DNA of 64,000 bases from Eledone cirrhosa (GCA_964016885.1 OZ024754.1:41788001-41852000); one strand, 5' to 3'. Numbered from the stretch's first letter, positions 1 through 13,840 are shown. A program made the numbers and translations. Notes: a model not told the origin generated them from the letters alone.

Positions 1-77
1 TCACTTCACTTGAATGTGTCTAGTCTTTAAAATTACTAGCAAGATATGTGTGTATGTACATTATATATATATATATA

Positions 78-222
78 TATCATTATCATCATCATTTTAT
101 GTCTGCTTTTCCTTGCTTGCAAGGGTGGGACGGGTCCTTTTCAGTACAGCATCTCTCCATTCATCACAGTCCTTCGTCATTTCCTCTGTGAGCCTCAGCT
201 CTCACCACCACCACCTCTGACC
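78..222 (-). mobile_element. RTE-clade LINE 3' end with (GAT)n tail
   Basis: Homologous to 28770-28995, 34978-35095, 46590-46815 and 10718-11155. Confidence 0.7.
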
Positions 223-374
223 ATGATTGTCATCGTCTTCCTCTATATATGAGATGTCAACATGAATGGACCTGTTATTATTTTTCTCTAAAAAAAAAAA
301 AATGTTTTTTTCTGTTTGCACGTTGCTCATCTCCTCAGTCTTTCTCTTTCTCTTTCTTCTTTAATTCCTCACTC

Positions 375-414
375 TTTCTTCTGGTGAAGGACTAGCGTCC
401 GAAACGTTAAGACT
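375..414 (+). ncRNA. Minimal type I hammerhead-like motif (family B; core variant CUGGUGA)
   Basis: UCUU-CUGGUGA-A-GGAC uagc GUCC-GAAA-CGUU-AAGA. Stem I UCUU/AAGA, stem II GGAC/GUCC, palindromic AACGUU in place of stem III. Confidence 0.65.
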
Positions 415-502
415 CTTTTCCTACTATATCAAGTGTATAGCTAATAATATATTTCTTCATTGTACTGTGTTGTTTGCTTTGTTATTTCTGTTTACCTTTT
501 GC

Positions 503-860
<358 letters not shown>

Positions 861-1252
861 ATTATATATATATATATACTCAAGTGGGAAAACCCCCGTC
901 CAAACCCATGCAAGCGTGGAACACGGACGTTAAACGTTGATGATGATGATGATATATACATACATGCACACACATAACTTGGTAGCAGGGAAAATGGACA
1001 TTAAACGATGATGATAATGGTGATGTGTTTGTGTGATCTAAACAAAATACCAGTGTGTGCCACAGTTGACTTATATAGCAACTGTGGCAGTAGTGAATTG
1101 ATCAAAGATATTATCTGCAATTGCTGTAAAATATACGTGATTTCATTGACAGTTTCATCATAACCTTCGATTGATAAATATACTTTAATGGTACAACAAG
1201 CACTTTACTACCTTGCTTTTATAGAGATTAGGAAAGTCATCTTGCCATACAA

Positions 1253-1479
1253 CTATATGTGTGTGTGTTAGTGTATGTATGTATATATATATATATATAT
1301 ATGTGTGTTTGTGTGTGAGTGTATGTATATATATGTATGTGTGTGTTTGTGTGTGTGTGTGTATGTATATATGTGTGTTTGTGTGTGTGTGTGTGTGTAT
1401 ATATGTGTGTGAGTGTATGTATATATGTGTGTTTGTGTGTGTATGTATATATATATATGTGTTTGTGTTTGTGTGTGTG

Positions 1480-1512
<33 letters not shown>

Positions 1513-1615
1513 ATATATATATATGTGTGTGTGTGTATATATATATATGTGTGTGAGTGTATGTATATATATGTGTTTGTGTGTGTATGTATATATATAT
1601 ATGTGTGTTTGCGTG

Positions 1616-1656
<41 letters not shown>

Positions 1657-1751
1657 GTGTGTTTGTGTGTGTGTGTATATATATATATGTTTGTGTGTGT
1701 ATATGTATATATATATATGTGTGTTTGTGTGTGTGTATATATGTTTGTGTG

Positions 1752-1786
<35 letters not shown>

Positions 1787-1792
1787 ATATAT
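1253..1792. repeat. Compound (TG)n/(TA)n microsatellite
   Basis: Directly visible. Similar tracts at 23925-24080, 26430-26810, 39145-39597, 47825-48208, 57715-57950 and 63065-63860. Confidence 0.97.
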
Positions 1793-1873
1793 TCTTGGCA
1801 GTACAGGATATGGGATGTGGGAATGGAGCCAAACTATTCTGGTAGCTTCAAGAGTAAACACTGCTATAATAGA

Positions 1874-2190
1874 ATCATCATCACAATCATCATCATCATC
1901 ATCATCATCATCTTTATCACCACCATCACTGTCATCAGCATCCACATCATCACCGCCATCACCACCACCACCATCATTGACATCACCATCACCACCACCA
2001 CCAACATCACCATCACCCACATCATCATCACCAACATCACCCATATCACCATCATCATCATCACCACCATCATCCACACCATCACCACCAACATCATCAC
2101 TATCACCATCATCATCATCACCACCATCACCCACATCATCATCCACACCATCACCACCACCATCATCACTATCACCACCATCATCATCAT
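1874..2190. repeat. (ATC/ACC)n compound trinucleotide tract
   Basis: Directly visible. Similar tracts at 45878-46167 (opposite strand) and 49133-49627. Confidence 0.95.
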
Positions 2191-4914
2191 ACGTCCGTTC
2201 AGTTTAAACTGCCAAGTTTTAGTGAAGCAATAAAATTTGGGGAATTAAAATGTGTGAATGTATATGGCTGTCTAAATGTGTGTGTGTGTGTGTGTGTGCG
2301 TGCGTGCGTGCGTGTGTGTATCATCATCACCGTTTTACGTCCGTTCTTCCACGCTAGCATGGGTTAGACGGGTTGTCCTGTTGTGGGCAGTGTCTGGTCG
2401 GCTGACCATGCCTTGCTCATACGGGAACTGATTCTGGCTTGATTTCTACAGCTGGATGCCCTTCCTAACACCAACCTCATTTACAGTGAGTGCTGGGTGC
2501 TTTTTCGTGGCGCCTACACGTCCACTTTACAGTATGGGCTGGGTGCTTTTTTGCCGTGGCACCTCCACGACCATCTTGCAGTGGGAGGTGTGTGTGTATC
2601 TCTGTATGTCGGAACTGTGAGTCGGAAGATGGGACGCTATGAATTTGGGAGGAAATGGGACATTATGAGTCTATCATGTAAAATCTATTCTATTGTAAGT
2701 TTAGCTGATTATATAGCGAAAGAGAAAGATATTTCTTTAACCCTTTTGATACCAAACCTTTGTTATGTTATGTTCCAAAAACCCCTGGTTCTATGATACA
2801 AAACTGTTTTAAAGGGTTTATATTTATCTAAAATCTTTCCATCATAATTTTATGTAAGAACCTTTGTTATGTTATGTTCCAAACACCCTTGGTTTAACAA
2901 TATAAAACTGTTTATTTTGAAGTGTTTATATCATTATCATCATCATAGTGTTAATGTCCCTGCTTACATAAACTGTACTTAGGAACATATCAGCTTTTTA
3001 AAAAACTGTATCTGGTTTACAATAGGTACGTATGTTATAAGAGGCTGTTAAAAGGGATGGTTCCAGGAAGGGCATCCAGCTGTAAAACATTGCTTCAAAG
3101 AGGACCTTATGATGGGTATAAATCCCATTATAGGAGCCACAAGGCTAACTCCTCCTTTAGCTGGGAAATGGCCTTAAAAATACTTGTTGTTGTTGTTGTT
3201 GTATCAGCTCTTCAGAAGAATTTTAAAATATTCTACGATCCTACATTAAACTGTTCATAAAATATTATTTATGTAATGTTTATGTTTTACCATTAAATTC
3301 AAATTTTTCTCAATTGAGATGTAACTAGTTTGTTTTTGCTGTTCTCCTTTATAAATCTTGTATAAATATGTGACTTTATTTGCATATTCTCCTTGTTTTA
3401 TGTGTTCATTGGATTTAATCAAGGCTGTGTAGTTTCTATTATATTTTAGTGTGGATCAATATATTTTATGCTGTCATATATTGATGATAAAGATTTCTCT
3501 AAAGAAACAAACATCAAAACAAATGATCCTTGTAAATATTGATTGATTTTTTTTTTATGTTTGTCTAACTGAACATATTGATAAAATGGCCTCTTCCCTA
3601 CATTGAGTCAATCTTTGCTGAAAATTGGCAGCTTCTTTCTAATGTTGTTTTACATTTTATGGATGCAGTATGGCTGAGTGGTGAAGAAGTTTGCTTTACA
3701 ATGGTGGGTGAAGTCTTGGGTTCAAGTTTTTGCTGTAGCCTCAGGTCAATTTGAAGTTGTGTGAATTGATGAAATTTGGTAGATAGAAACTGTATAGAAG
3801 CCTGTGAGATGGACTGTACATGTATTACAAATGGCTGGCCTTTGTCACACACTACATCATACTGAATCTCTCTGAGAACTACCTTAAGAGTACATGCATT
3901 TCAGGAATACTCAGCCACTTGTGTCAATTCTGTTGATGGTACAACTGGAATATTCATCATCTAAACTGACAGAAAACCATTTATTTTTTATCTTTCTTCA
4001 GTTTTTATCATCATCATCATCTTTTTATGTCCATTTTTCCATGCTGGCAGAGGTTAGACGAGTTGTCCTGTTATGAGCAATGTTAGGTCAGGTGATCATA
4101 TCTTGCTTATACAGAAGGGATTTGGGCTTGGTTTCTACAGCTGGATGCCTTCCTAACGACAAAATCATTTAAATCAATTATTTTATCTCCTTTCATTTCT
4201 TTTATCATTTGTGTCAATAATATCTGACAACGTAATAATATTTAACGATATCAATAAAATATTTCTTATTTTAAAGTAAAACTACATTATACACCTCCTC
4301 TAATAAACAACTCCCAGTTTTAAAATGTTGGTATTCACTATGTCGCCTACAATTTAAAACTACATCATACACCCCCTCTAATGAACTGCTACACCATACA
4401 CACCCTCTAATAAACAACTCCCAGTTTTAAGATGTTGTTCAGTTCTATGAATTTCTGTGTGTATTTGGTTTATAATTCTAGTACACTGTACTAGATATGG
4501 ACTTGTTAGTGCAGAGTAAATTAGACCTTGTATAGAGTGAGCAATTGTTTGAGACAGTATTTTAAGAAGAAGAAAAAAAAACAACAATCTGTTATTAATA
4601 GCCATTCTCGTTGAAAATCACTGCATTATAATTTTTGAACTGAGTACCTATCATCATAGTCATTGTCAGTTCTATTTCAGTAAAGCCAGCTAATCTAATG
4701 TGTCATTTTAACCAAATATATTTCTGCTGAGTGTATAGAAGACTATTAAAGAATGACTATCACAATACTTTACATACCAACCATTTTATTTTATTGATAC
4801 ACACACAAACAAATATTAATAGAGAAAGAAAAAAATGGTTAGCTAACTAATTAATAACATTAATTTTAATTTAAAATTTAAATTAATGGACACAAAATTG
4901 TCTCAATTATATTA

Positions 4915-5130
4915 TTAACTCATTAGCATTTACATTACTCTATTGTATTTTTGTGGTAAAGGTTTTATCTTACATAATTATCTCATATAATTTCAAATCT
5001 ATGAGATTTTGATGTTATTAATATTGAGAACAATACCTTAACATCAGTATAAGCAGTTGGTTACAGTCAGTTTGAACAGAAAGAGGTGAGAGAATCCTGG
5101 CTGGATGTGGCTGCTTTAAATGCTAAGGGA
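4915..5130. mobile_element. piggyBac-type MITE (decayed)
   Basis: Homologous to 36913-37142. Confidence 0.65.
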
Positions 5131-5444
5131 AATAAAATAAAATGTGATTTATTGTGAAATGGTCAGAATTGTCTGTTGAACTATATTAAATTGAACTGGT
5201 GGATTTTGGGAGGAGAATCTGTTCTTTGGAACATAGTCTTTGGAGTGTGTATACATGTGTGTTTGAGGACAGATTCTTTGGGGGGTGTATATATGTGTGT
5301 TTGAGGATAAGGATAAAGATCCCACAACTCCTTGTGGAGTCTAAGAGGCATCGTCATATGGTGTGTCTAAGGCACTTTTAGACCTAGCGGAGCCCAACCC
5401 TCTCCAGGTCTGAACACAGCTGATTTTTTTTCTATAGAGGAAGA

Positions 5445-5575
5445 ATCGACCCCAGTACTGGACTGGTACTTTTTCTATCGACCCCAAAAGGATGAACGGC
5501 AAACTTGACCACAGCGAGATTTGAACTCAGAGCACGCAATGAGGTGGAATGAATACCGTAAAGCATTCTATCCGT
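5445..5575 (-). mobile_element. tRNA-derived SINE fragment (related family)
   Basis: actggtactttttctatcgaccccaaaaggatgaacggc...gagatttgaactcag. Confidence 0.7.
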
Positions 5576-6102
5576 GTTTGAGGACAGAGAATAATTTTAG
5601 GCTTAACTAGGAACTGATAATGTCCTGTACCTCATAAAATTGCATTAGCAAGATTACCTTTAAAAAATACAAACCAGCGCTATGTCTGCATCACATAAAA
5701 AATTAAAACCTTTATCCTAATCCTTCAAATGTTCACAATGTTCTGGCCACTAGATATTGTAAATATTTGAATTGACAAACCTGTTTTATATTTTCTGCTA
5801 AATTATTACAAAATGTTATTGAAGACCTGGAGAGAGATGGGCACTACCGGGTTTAAAGATGCTGTAGAAGTGTCAAATGCCAATGTGGCATCCCTAGGGT
5901 TCCCTCAGGAGTTTTCAGACCATACTTAACTATACTTTTGAAATTTCCATTTAAGTCAGCAGTCTAATGTAAAACATATTTCCATTTGTTTTTATTTCAA
6001 ATAGTTGCTTATTTTATACAATTTATACAGAAATATATTGAAATAGTTTTCTAATGAGTTTAGTTCCTGAGTTTGTTATTTAGGATTGGTTGTTAATGTT
6101 AT

Positions 6103-6236
6103 TGTGTCTATAGGATTGGTGATTCCTCAATGTTGTGTGTCTACAGGATTGGTGATTCCTCAATGTTGTGTGTCTACAGGATTGGTGATTCCTCAATGTT
6201 GTGTGTCTATAGGATTGGTGATTCCTCAATGTTGTA
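6103..6236. repeat. 33-bp minisatellite x4
   Basis: Unit gtgtctayaggattggtgattcctcaatgttgt. Confidence 0.9.
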
Positions 6237-6507
6237 ACTGTATTCATGGAAACAGCTTGTAAGAATTATCCGTTCCATGTTCATATCTTGTTGAATTCAA
6301 TATGGAATTTTGATGTAAACAAAAATCATTTAATCTCGTGTTCCACTGAACTAAGATTTAAATTTTTTTTTTTCAAATTATTTCTATTAAGTATTAACTT
6401 GTGATATTTCTACCTTGTACAAAATACGCTGCACTCTCACACACACACTCACTTTACTGTATGCACATACAGATACATACACACACATTTGCACTTTCTC
6501 TCTCTCT

Positions 6508-6690
6508 GGTTCAATCGGGGGTAACCACAGTAAGTAAGGTACTCGATACATAGCAGAGTATAAATATTTAATATAGAAATGGCTTCTACAGGACTAGAAC
6601 TGTTTCATTCGAAGGAAATCATCAGGAAAGTCCTGATGATTTCCTTTGAATGAAACAATTCTAGTCCTGTAGAAGCCATATTTAAAAAAT
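6508..6690 (-). mobile_element. Fold-back HHR element (family A); inverted repeat 6579-6679
   Basis: Head-to-head tcatcag-gaaagtc-ctgatga. A second copy in opposite orientation lies at 18158-18330. (TA)n flank. Confidence 0.7.
6583..6630 (-). ncRNA. Type I hammerhead ribozyme motif, GUA cleavage triplet
   Basis: Minus strand reads CUUUC-CUGAUGA-U UUC cuuc GAA U-GAAA-CAG uucuaguc CUG-UA^GAAG. Confidence 0.7.
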
Positions 6691-6819
6691 ATATATATAT
6701 ATATATATATAGCCAATATGGCAATAAATTAATATATGGTACTTATTTTTTTTATTTTTTTTTTTTTATGTTTTACTTTTATTTATTTAATTTGTATCGA
6801 TAGAAACCTCAGCAGAGAG

Positions 6820-6907
6820 CAGTTGCCAGAAATAATAGAAAATCGTGAATTATGGGGAAACTTTGTCAGGAATGTTCAACTGTAGTCGCTATGATGATGA
6901 TGATGAT
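6820..6907 (+). mobile_element. Probable RTE-like LINE extreme 3' end
   Basis: Translates RNLSREQLPEIIENRELWGNFV (resembles the DR..WR terminal motif), followed by (GAT)n. Confidence 0.4.
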
Positions 6908-7699
6908 TTAGTTTTGTCATTTTAGATTGTGAAATCAGTATAAAAAATGTCACTAACAATGAAACGAGAAGATTCTCTTGTAAAATAAGTATTTATTACA
7001 ACCAACCTCAGAATTGAAGTTGTGTAAACAAAATTTGTTTTAATGAAACCCCAATAGAGTTTTAAATTTTTCTAAACTTCTCTGCTATATTATATTTACA
7101 TAGGATTTCGTTGATACTTTCTGACATGTGATGTTGGAAGCACATACTCAGATACTATTCAACTAGCAAAAGGATAGATTGACCTAGAAATAACTGTTGA
7201 ACTTGAAAATATAATCTGATGAGCTTTATCCTAATTACTAATGATGGTTGTAACATATCTACCTTTAATTATGTTGCAGATTTAGTTTATCAATTAGTTT
7301 GTAAATAGAAAGAAGTTTTTACTGCTGCTGCTCACTCTCAACTTTGTAGAATTGTGATGAGGCTTATTTCTGTATGAACATTTTTCTGATTAAAATCCTG
7401 AAAAAGGAAGTTTATCAAGTGTTTCTTTATTTATATAATTTGCCTTATCTTTGCTAAAACAGCAGGAAAGAAGTAATTGTTTCTGGTATACCACCAGAAA
7501 ATTCCTTAAACGGTTAACTTGTGGCATTGTTAATTTCCTTTAACCCTTTCATTACCATGTTTCTAATTAAATATATTGTATTTGAATTACCTAATGAAGA
7601 ATTTGGAGGAATATACTAAAATGTTTAACTATTTCATTCTTAAGAGTATATGTTATATAATTTAGCTAATGTGATTTCATCCATACATGATGTTAGGAG

Positions 7700-7870
7700 T
7701 TGCTGTCCAGCAATTCTTTCCTGAGACATTCTAACCACATGCCCATAGTATCGGAGCTGTGATCTCTCAATTCAGAGAAGTAGCGGCTCTACCTGGAGTG
7801 ACTCTCTGATCTCTGAGTTACACACTCTATCAAGTAACATTACTCCAAAGACCCTTTGAAGGAACCCCAT
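7700..7870 (-). mobile_element. RTE (Rex3/Expander-like) fragment
   Basis: ctgtccagcaattctttcctgagacattctaac...ctgtgatctctcaatt is homologous to 62993-63064. Confidence 0.55.
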
Positions 7871-8467
7871 TTCGTCCAGTTGTATTCGCAATGTGTATAC
7901 AAATATACAAATATATGTAAATAAACAAAACTTTCATAATTTTACAGCCAGCTTTCTAAACTTTAGATTTATTTAGATGACTGACCTTTTTATTGCATTA
8001 ACACTGGATTGGTTACTGTTAATGAGATTATAGAAAGATTATCAAATAAACCACATAATAATCTCTCTCGTACTTTAATCATGCTGGTATGTGTACCATA
8101 TGTTTTTACAACCACTGTTTCATTGAAGGAAGGTTTCTAGTCTCTTGCTTTATGCTAATCAAATAGAACTGGGAAGTTTTTTTTTCTTCTCTATGCTTTT
8201 TCGAAAAGTTACAGTTTTTAACTTATAATCACTAAAAAATTGTCGTTTGAAAACAAAATTAATTATAAAGGTTGTTGTAATAAGAGATTCAAAATTGAAA
8301 TTGGGAAAAAATCCCTAAAGAAAACTATGGAAATAAAGAATATTTCTGGGAAAATAGACCTTATGATTGACAATTTTGGTAAGTATATATTGATAGTTAA
8401 TGATTGACAATTTTGGTGAATATATATATATATAGTATGTATATAGTGAGTATATATATATATATAT

Positions 8468-8645
8468 AGTAGTAGTTCCACAACAGTTAGTTTCACCTTA
8501 TTTGGGTCCTCAGCTTGGTCTGAAGATCCAAATAAGGTGAAACATTTGTTCTCGGTATGGTGAACTGTTGTGTAACTACTTCTACCAAACTCGTCCCATG
8601 GACTGAGTGCTCTACTACTACAGACATAACCCTCCAGTGTTCTAC

Positions 8646-8648
<3 letters not shown>
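8468..8648. mobile_element. Fold-back element with two divergent hammerhead-like cores (CUGAGGA on -, CUGAAGA on +), between (TA)n tracts
   Basis: tttcaccttatttgggtcctcag-cttggt-ctgaagatccaaataaggtgaaac. Stem II CC/GG has only 2 bp, and stem I is disrupted at the inversion axis. Confidence 0.55.
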
Positions 8649-8690
<42 letters not shown>

Positions 8691-9612
8691 AGCTAATCAA
8701 TCAAAATTAGAAAGTCTTGTAGATTTTTTAAATACTTTTAAAGATTTTTAAATTGGTAAAGTTCCTTTTTGAATTTCTTGCGATTTGTTGAATTTATATT
8801 ATTTGTCTATCATCTTCATAATATATTTAAGAAATTCAAAATATTTATAACTTTATTATTTATAGTCTGTGTTTGTTAATATGTTGTTTTAGAATAGTTC
8901 TTCGTTATTTTTTTTGGTGTTTGTTGTCAATAACTCTGGTTTATTGTTACCCAAGCCTAAAAGATAAGAAATTTATAATGATATCAATTTTTAAAAACCT
9001 TTAAGAATTTCTGTTTGTGTGTTTGATAATAATCTTCCTGAGTATATATATATAGCTTGGATTTTCTTGGTCATTTCCTGTAGGATTTATAAAAATAAAT
9101 ATTCTAGAGAAAACTAAAATTTCAGGTCTGAGAATAATTAAAAGAGGGACTTCAATTTCTATAGAGCGATTAATTTCTATAGAGTTTAATTTCTTTAGAG
9201 AGATTAAAGAAAAATTTCTCTTTCATTTGAATTTGTGTGCCTTGTTATTGGGTTCCTAGTAGATTCAAAAGATATACTGTCCTGATGGGAACTGGAATTT
9301 AATATATTTTGTATATTTAATGAAGTGATTTTCATCTATATGGAAATTAATTCTTAATTATTATTTTAAAATAAATATTTTTGTATATTTTCTGTTCACT
9401 CATACATCTCCAAATAATCTTAACTTGTTTTCTAATTAAAATTAAGCAGTCTGTTGAAGTTCTTTAACTATCTCTGAGTTTAATTAATCTTTATTTGCAA
9501 ACTAAATAATATATTCTGTTGCATTCAAGTTTAACTTTTAATTCTAACTTTTTATTTCTCTGGCATTACTTCACTGAACCACTTCTTTACATCTATCTCT
9601 AACAACTCCATC

Positions 9613-10305
9613 CACAGCTACTACACAGCTACTACACAGCTACTACACAGCTACTACACAGCTACTACACAGCTACTACACAGCTACTACACACCTCCTA
9701 CACAGCTACTACACAGCTACTACACAGCTACTACACACCTCCTACACAGCTACTACACACCTCCTACACAGCTACTACACAGCTACTACACACCTCCTAC
9801 ACAGCTACTACACACCGCCTACACAGCTACTACACAGCTACTACACACCGCCTACACAGCTACTACACACCGCCTACACAGCTACTACACACCGCCTACA
9901 CAGCTACTACACACCGCCTACACAGCTACTACACACCGCCTACACAGCTACTACACACCGCCTACACACCGCCTACACAGCTACTACACAGCTACTACAC
10001 GCCTCCTACACAGCTACTACACACCTCCACAGCTACTTCACAGCTCCTACTCATCTACACATATCCTATACACCTTCTACACACCTCCTACACACCTCCT
10101 ACACAACTAGTTCACAGCTACTACACAGCTACTACACAGCTACTACACATCTACTACATAGCTCTTCCATACCTACACCATATCTACTACACAGCTACTA
10201 CACACCTACATATCTACTACACAACTCCTCCATATCTTCTGCACAGCTACTACACACCTAGATATCTACTACACATCTACATATCTCATACAGCTCCTAC
10301 ACTTC
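9613..10305. repeat. 11-bp minisatellite (cagctactaca) with variant units, decaying towards 3'
   Basis: Directly visible. Confidence 0.95.
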
Positions 10306-10349
10306 TGTAGTAGTAGTTACATCATTGTCTCCAACTTGTCAACATAATA

Positions 10350-10600
10350 AACAATAATTGTTTCTACTTTTGACACAAGGCCAGCAATTTACCCAGTGTA
10401 TCACTGGTACTTTATTTTGTCGACCCCGTAAGGGTGAAAGGCAAAGTTAACCTCGGAGGGATTTGAACTCAGAATGGCAAGGGCCGTAACTCAATGCGTC
10501 AAAGCATGGCGTCCAACCCTTTAATAATTGTTTCTACTTTAGGCACAAAGCCAGCAAATACTCAGTGCATTACTGGTACTTTATTTTATCGACCCCATAA
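10350..10600 (-). mobile_element. Two adjacent tRNA-SINE copies
   Basis: Reverse complement of the 30279 family. Confidence 0.8.
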
Positions 10601-10717
10601 TAATAGTTTTCTATAAGATTTTTAATGAGAAACACTTCACCTTACAGCTAACATTTAAAATATGTTATAGATTTACTAAACATTGATAGATAGTTGTGTA
10701 TAATGGTGAGAGAGCTG

Positions 10718-11155
10718 TCATCATCATCATCATCATCATCGGTTGGATGAGTTCAACACAGTGCCCTTCCATTTGTTGCCTTCCTCTGTGAGCTTCAGTG
10801 ATTTGAGATCAGTTCTCACCACTTCTTCCCAGGTCTTCCTTGGTCTTCCTCTACTGCAGCTACCTTCCACTAGAATTTCCTGGCACTTCTTTACCCAGTG
10901 ATCACCATTTATACACATCACATGTCTATACCAGCACAGTCCTCTCTCTTGCATGCTGCATCTAATTCCTTCTTATACCCAGGTTTTCTCTCAGTTCACC
11001 CATGTCTCATCATTCTCTCACATTTACATTGCACATCCATCGAAGCTTGCTTGCTTCATTTCTTTCCAGCCTTTGTATATACTCTGCATACATATTTACT
11101 GCTCGTGTCTCACTACCATGTAATATCTGACATTGCATGCAGAGTTTCCAAGTGA
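10718..11155 (-). mobile_element. RTE-clade LINE 3' fragment (decayed RT C-terminus)
   Basis: ORF 10736-10954 reads GLCWYRHVM...WVKKC...VEG...RGRPRKTWEEVV, with a (GAT)n tail. Confidence 0.85.
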
Positions 11156-11177
11156 CACCAATTTTAGGGGCTGGCTT

Positions 11178-11764
11178 TGGAGGCTGTGCAGTTAGATTAA
11201 GGGACAGGAGACAGCTATGGAGGCTATTTAGTTAGTTTAAGGGACAGGTGATGACTATGGAGGCTACTTAGTTAGTTTAAGGGACAGGTGATGACTATGG
11301 AGGCTATTTAGTTAGTTTAAGGGACAGGTGATGACTATGGAGGCTACTTAGTTAGTTTAAGGGACAGGTGATGACTATGGAGGCTATTTAGTTAGTTTAA
11401 GGGACAGGTGATGACTATGGAGGCTATTTAGTTAGTTTAAGGGACATGAGACAGCTATGGGGGCTGTTTAGTTAGTTTAAGGGACAGGTGATGATTATGG
11501 AGGCTATTTAGTTAGTTTAAGGGACAGGTGATGATTATGGAGGCTATTTAGTTAGTTTAAGGGACAGGTGATGATTATGGAGGCTATTTAGTTAGTTTAA
11601 GGGACAGGAGACAGCTGTGGAGGCTATTTAGTTAGTTTAAGGGACAGGAGACAGCTGTGGAGGCTGTTCAGTTAGTTTAAGGGACAGGAGACAGCTGTGG
11701 AGGCTGTTCAGTTAGTTTAAGGGACAGGAGACAGCTGTGGAGGCTGTTCAGTTAGTTTAAGGGA
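11178..11764. repeat. 40-bp minisatellite, about 14 copies
   Basis: Unit gttagtttaagggacaggtgatgactatggaggctattta. Confidence 0.95.
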
Positions 11765-12093
11765 TCCCAAGTAACACCAGAAAGTATTTTCTAAATATTT
11801 CAAGTTCATTATTTCATTGTCAAGTTCTTGTGCACTTGACTGAATCGTTTGCACATGATCTGTTGATTAAGATTAAATATAATTATTGGAAGTTAATCAA
11901 TTAGAACACTTAATAAGATTTACATATTATGTAGATTAGCTGACTATTTATGGGTGTTTACTTTGGCTTCATTCATTTCACTTGGTTTTCATTTTACTGA
12001 ACATTCAGTGCATCTTGAGCTGCTCATATAGGAGTGTTCTGGCTGGTTTTCTATGGCTCGATGCCCTTCCTAACATATATATATATAGTCAGT

Positions 12094-12143
12094 TCTTATC
12101 TGATGACCCTGTGATAAACAGGCGAAACTCCAGAGTAACAAGA
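12094..12143 (+). ncRNA. Type I hammerhead ribozyme motif (GUA triplet)
   Basis: UCUUAU-CUGAUGA-C-CCUGU gauaa ACAGG-C-GAAA-CUC ca GAG-UA^ACAAGA. It follows a (TA)n tract inside an older SINE-like repeat. Confidence 0.75.
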
Positions 12144-13808
12144 CTCACTATTTAGCTTTGATAAAATGAATATGTGGTCACACACTGTAAATGTGGTTGG
12201 CGCTAGGAAGAGGGTCCTCCAGCCGTAGAAGACCAGCCAGAAACAGTCCTATATGAGCAAGACATAGTCACCCAACCCAACTTGCCCCTAAATGGGACAA
12301 ACCTGTCTAACCCATACTAGCGTGGAAGATGGACTTTAAATGATGATGATGATATATATTCAGACTGTTGCTATTGTTTCATTGAATTATTTTCTTCAGA
12401 TTTAATTTCAATTAGTTCTGCTTCCTTCCATTTGACATATCTTAGAAGTAGTTTTTAAGTAGCATTCAAATTTATTACTTTAATTACTTGAACGAATACT
12501 AAACAAAGTGTATCTCACATCTTCTACCATTTCTTTCTTGTGTATTGTGTCAGTGTGTCACAGGCTGAGGCCTTTGTTTTCTCTCCTATAACACAATTGA
12601 GTTTCATTAATTGTAATGAAGCTGAGGGTGTTGCATTGGCAGAATCAGTAGAGTGTCACATAATATGCCAGTGTTTAGCTCTTTACATTCTGGGATCAAT
12701 ATAATCGAGTTACTCACCCTCCCATGCACTCACATTGCAGGCCTTGTGCCTAAATCATTAATTTTAACGAAACAGATTAATTTGTTGTTTGGCATATATA
12801 TTAACCCGTTCATAATGGCTGTAAAATGGTTGGCATTAGGGAGGGCATTCAGCCATAGAATTTGTGCTAGACTGGAACATGTAAGCAAGATGGAATCATC
12901 TGACTTGTCTAGCCTGCATGACAACCTCTCTAGCCTATGTGACAACCTGCCTAACTCATACAAGCTTGGAAATAGGCGTAAAACAGTGATGAGGATAAAT
13001 ACTGTAAAATAAACAGCTTAGTATCATAAAACCGTGGCTGGTTTCAGTTGGTTTGATGTCAAAAGGACATGTGCATCTTCTAGCATAAGAACTTGGAAAT
13101 AAACATGTCTAAAGTTTCTCCACTGACTTTAACCCTTTTTCACCCTTTCAGGGCCATATTTCTTATGAAAGACACTGCCTTATATCCCTTGAAAAATAAT
13201 CAAGAATTTGGAGAAATTTAGTGGTGCAACTAAGTTTCCCATTAAGTTGGTGTTTGGAAAATAACTACATACAATTTCTTATATAGAATTATGGTGGAAG
13301 ATTTTTAGATAAAAATAAACACTTTAGAATAAACAACTTTATATCATAGAACAAGATGGCAAATTGGCAGGGTCATTAAAACATTGGATAGAATGCTTTG
13401 TGGTATACGTTCTGGTCTCTGTATTCTGTGTTCAAGTTCCATCAAGGTTAACTTATTGTATCATCCTTTCGAGGTTGATAAAAAAAAAAGTACCAGTACT
13501 GTACTGGTGTCAATTTTTCTTCTTTATCTCTTTCTCACTTCTTCTCTTGTTCTCTGGAAGAAACAAGTTGTTGTGTTCAGACCTGGAAAAAAGGTGGACT
13601 CCACTGGGTTTAAAATGCCCAAGAAATACTGTATGTCACTAAGGAATCCCTACCACTCTACTAGAAGTTACATGTCGATACATATATAGAACCAGGGGCA
13701 GTTTCAAGTAGTTTGGTATCAAAGAGATTAAAACTGGTGAAAAATACATCTGTGTATGTAAGTTTTAATAATTCAGTGGTTAGGTATTTGGTGGTTTGGT
13801 ATGAAAAA

Positions 13809-13840
<32 letters not shown>

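Noticed and set aside
1185-2233. Long ORFs rich in HT/YI/CV, poly-D/G, poly-I/T and poly-M/V (also 26.4k, 38.5k, 39.1k, 45.8k, 47.8k, 49k, 63k)
   Set aside because: These are translations of di- and trinucleotide microsatellites, open in several frames on both strands, with no splice or homology support.
11161-11764. Telomere-like TTAAGGG in the 40-bp unit
   Set aside because: There is one imperfect motif per unit and no (TTAGGG)n tract.
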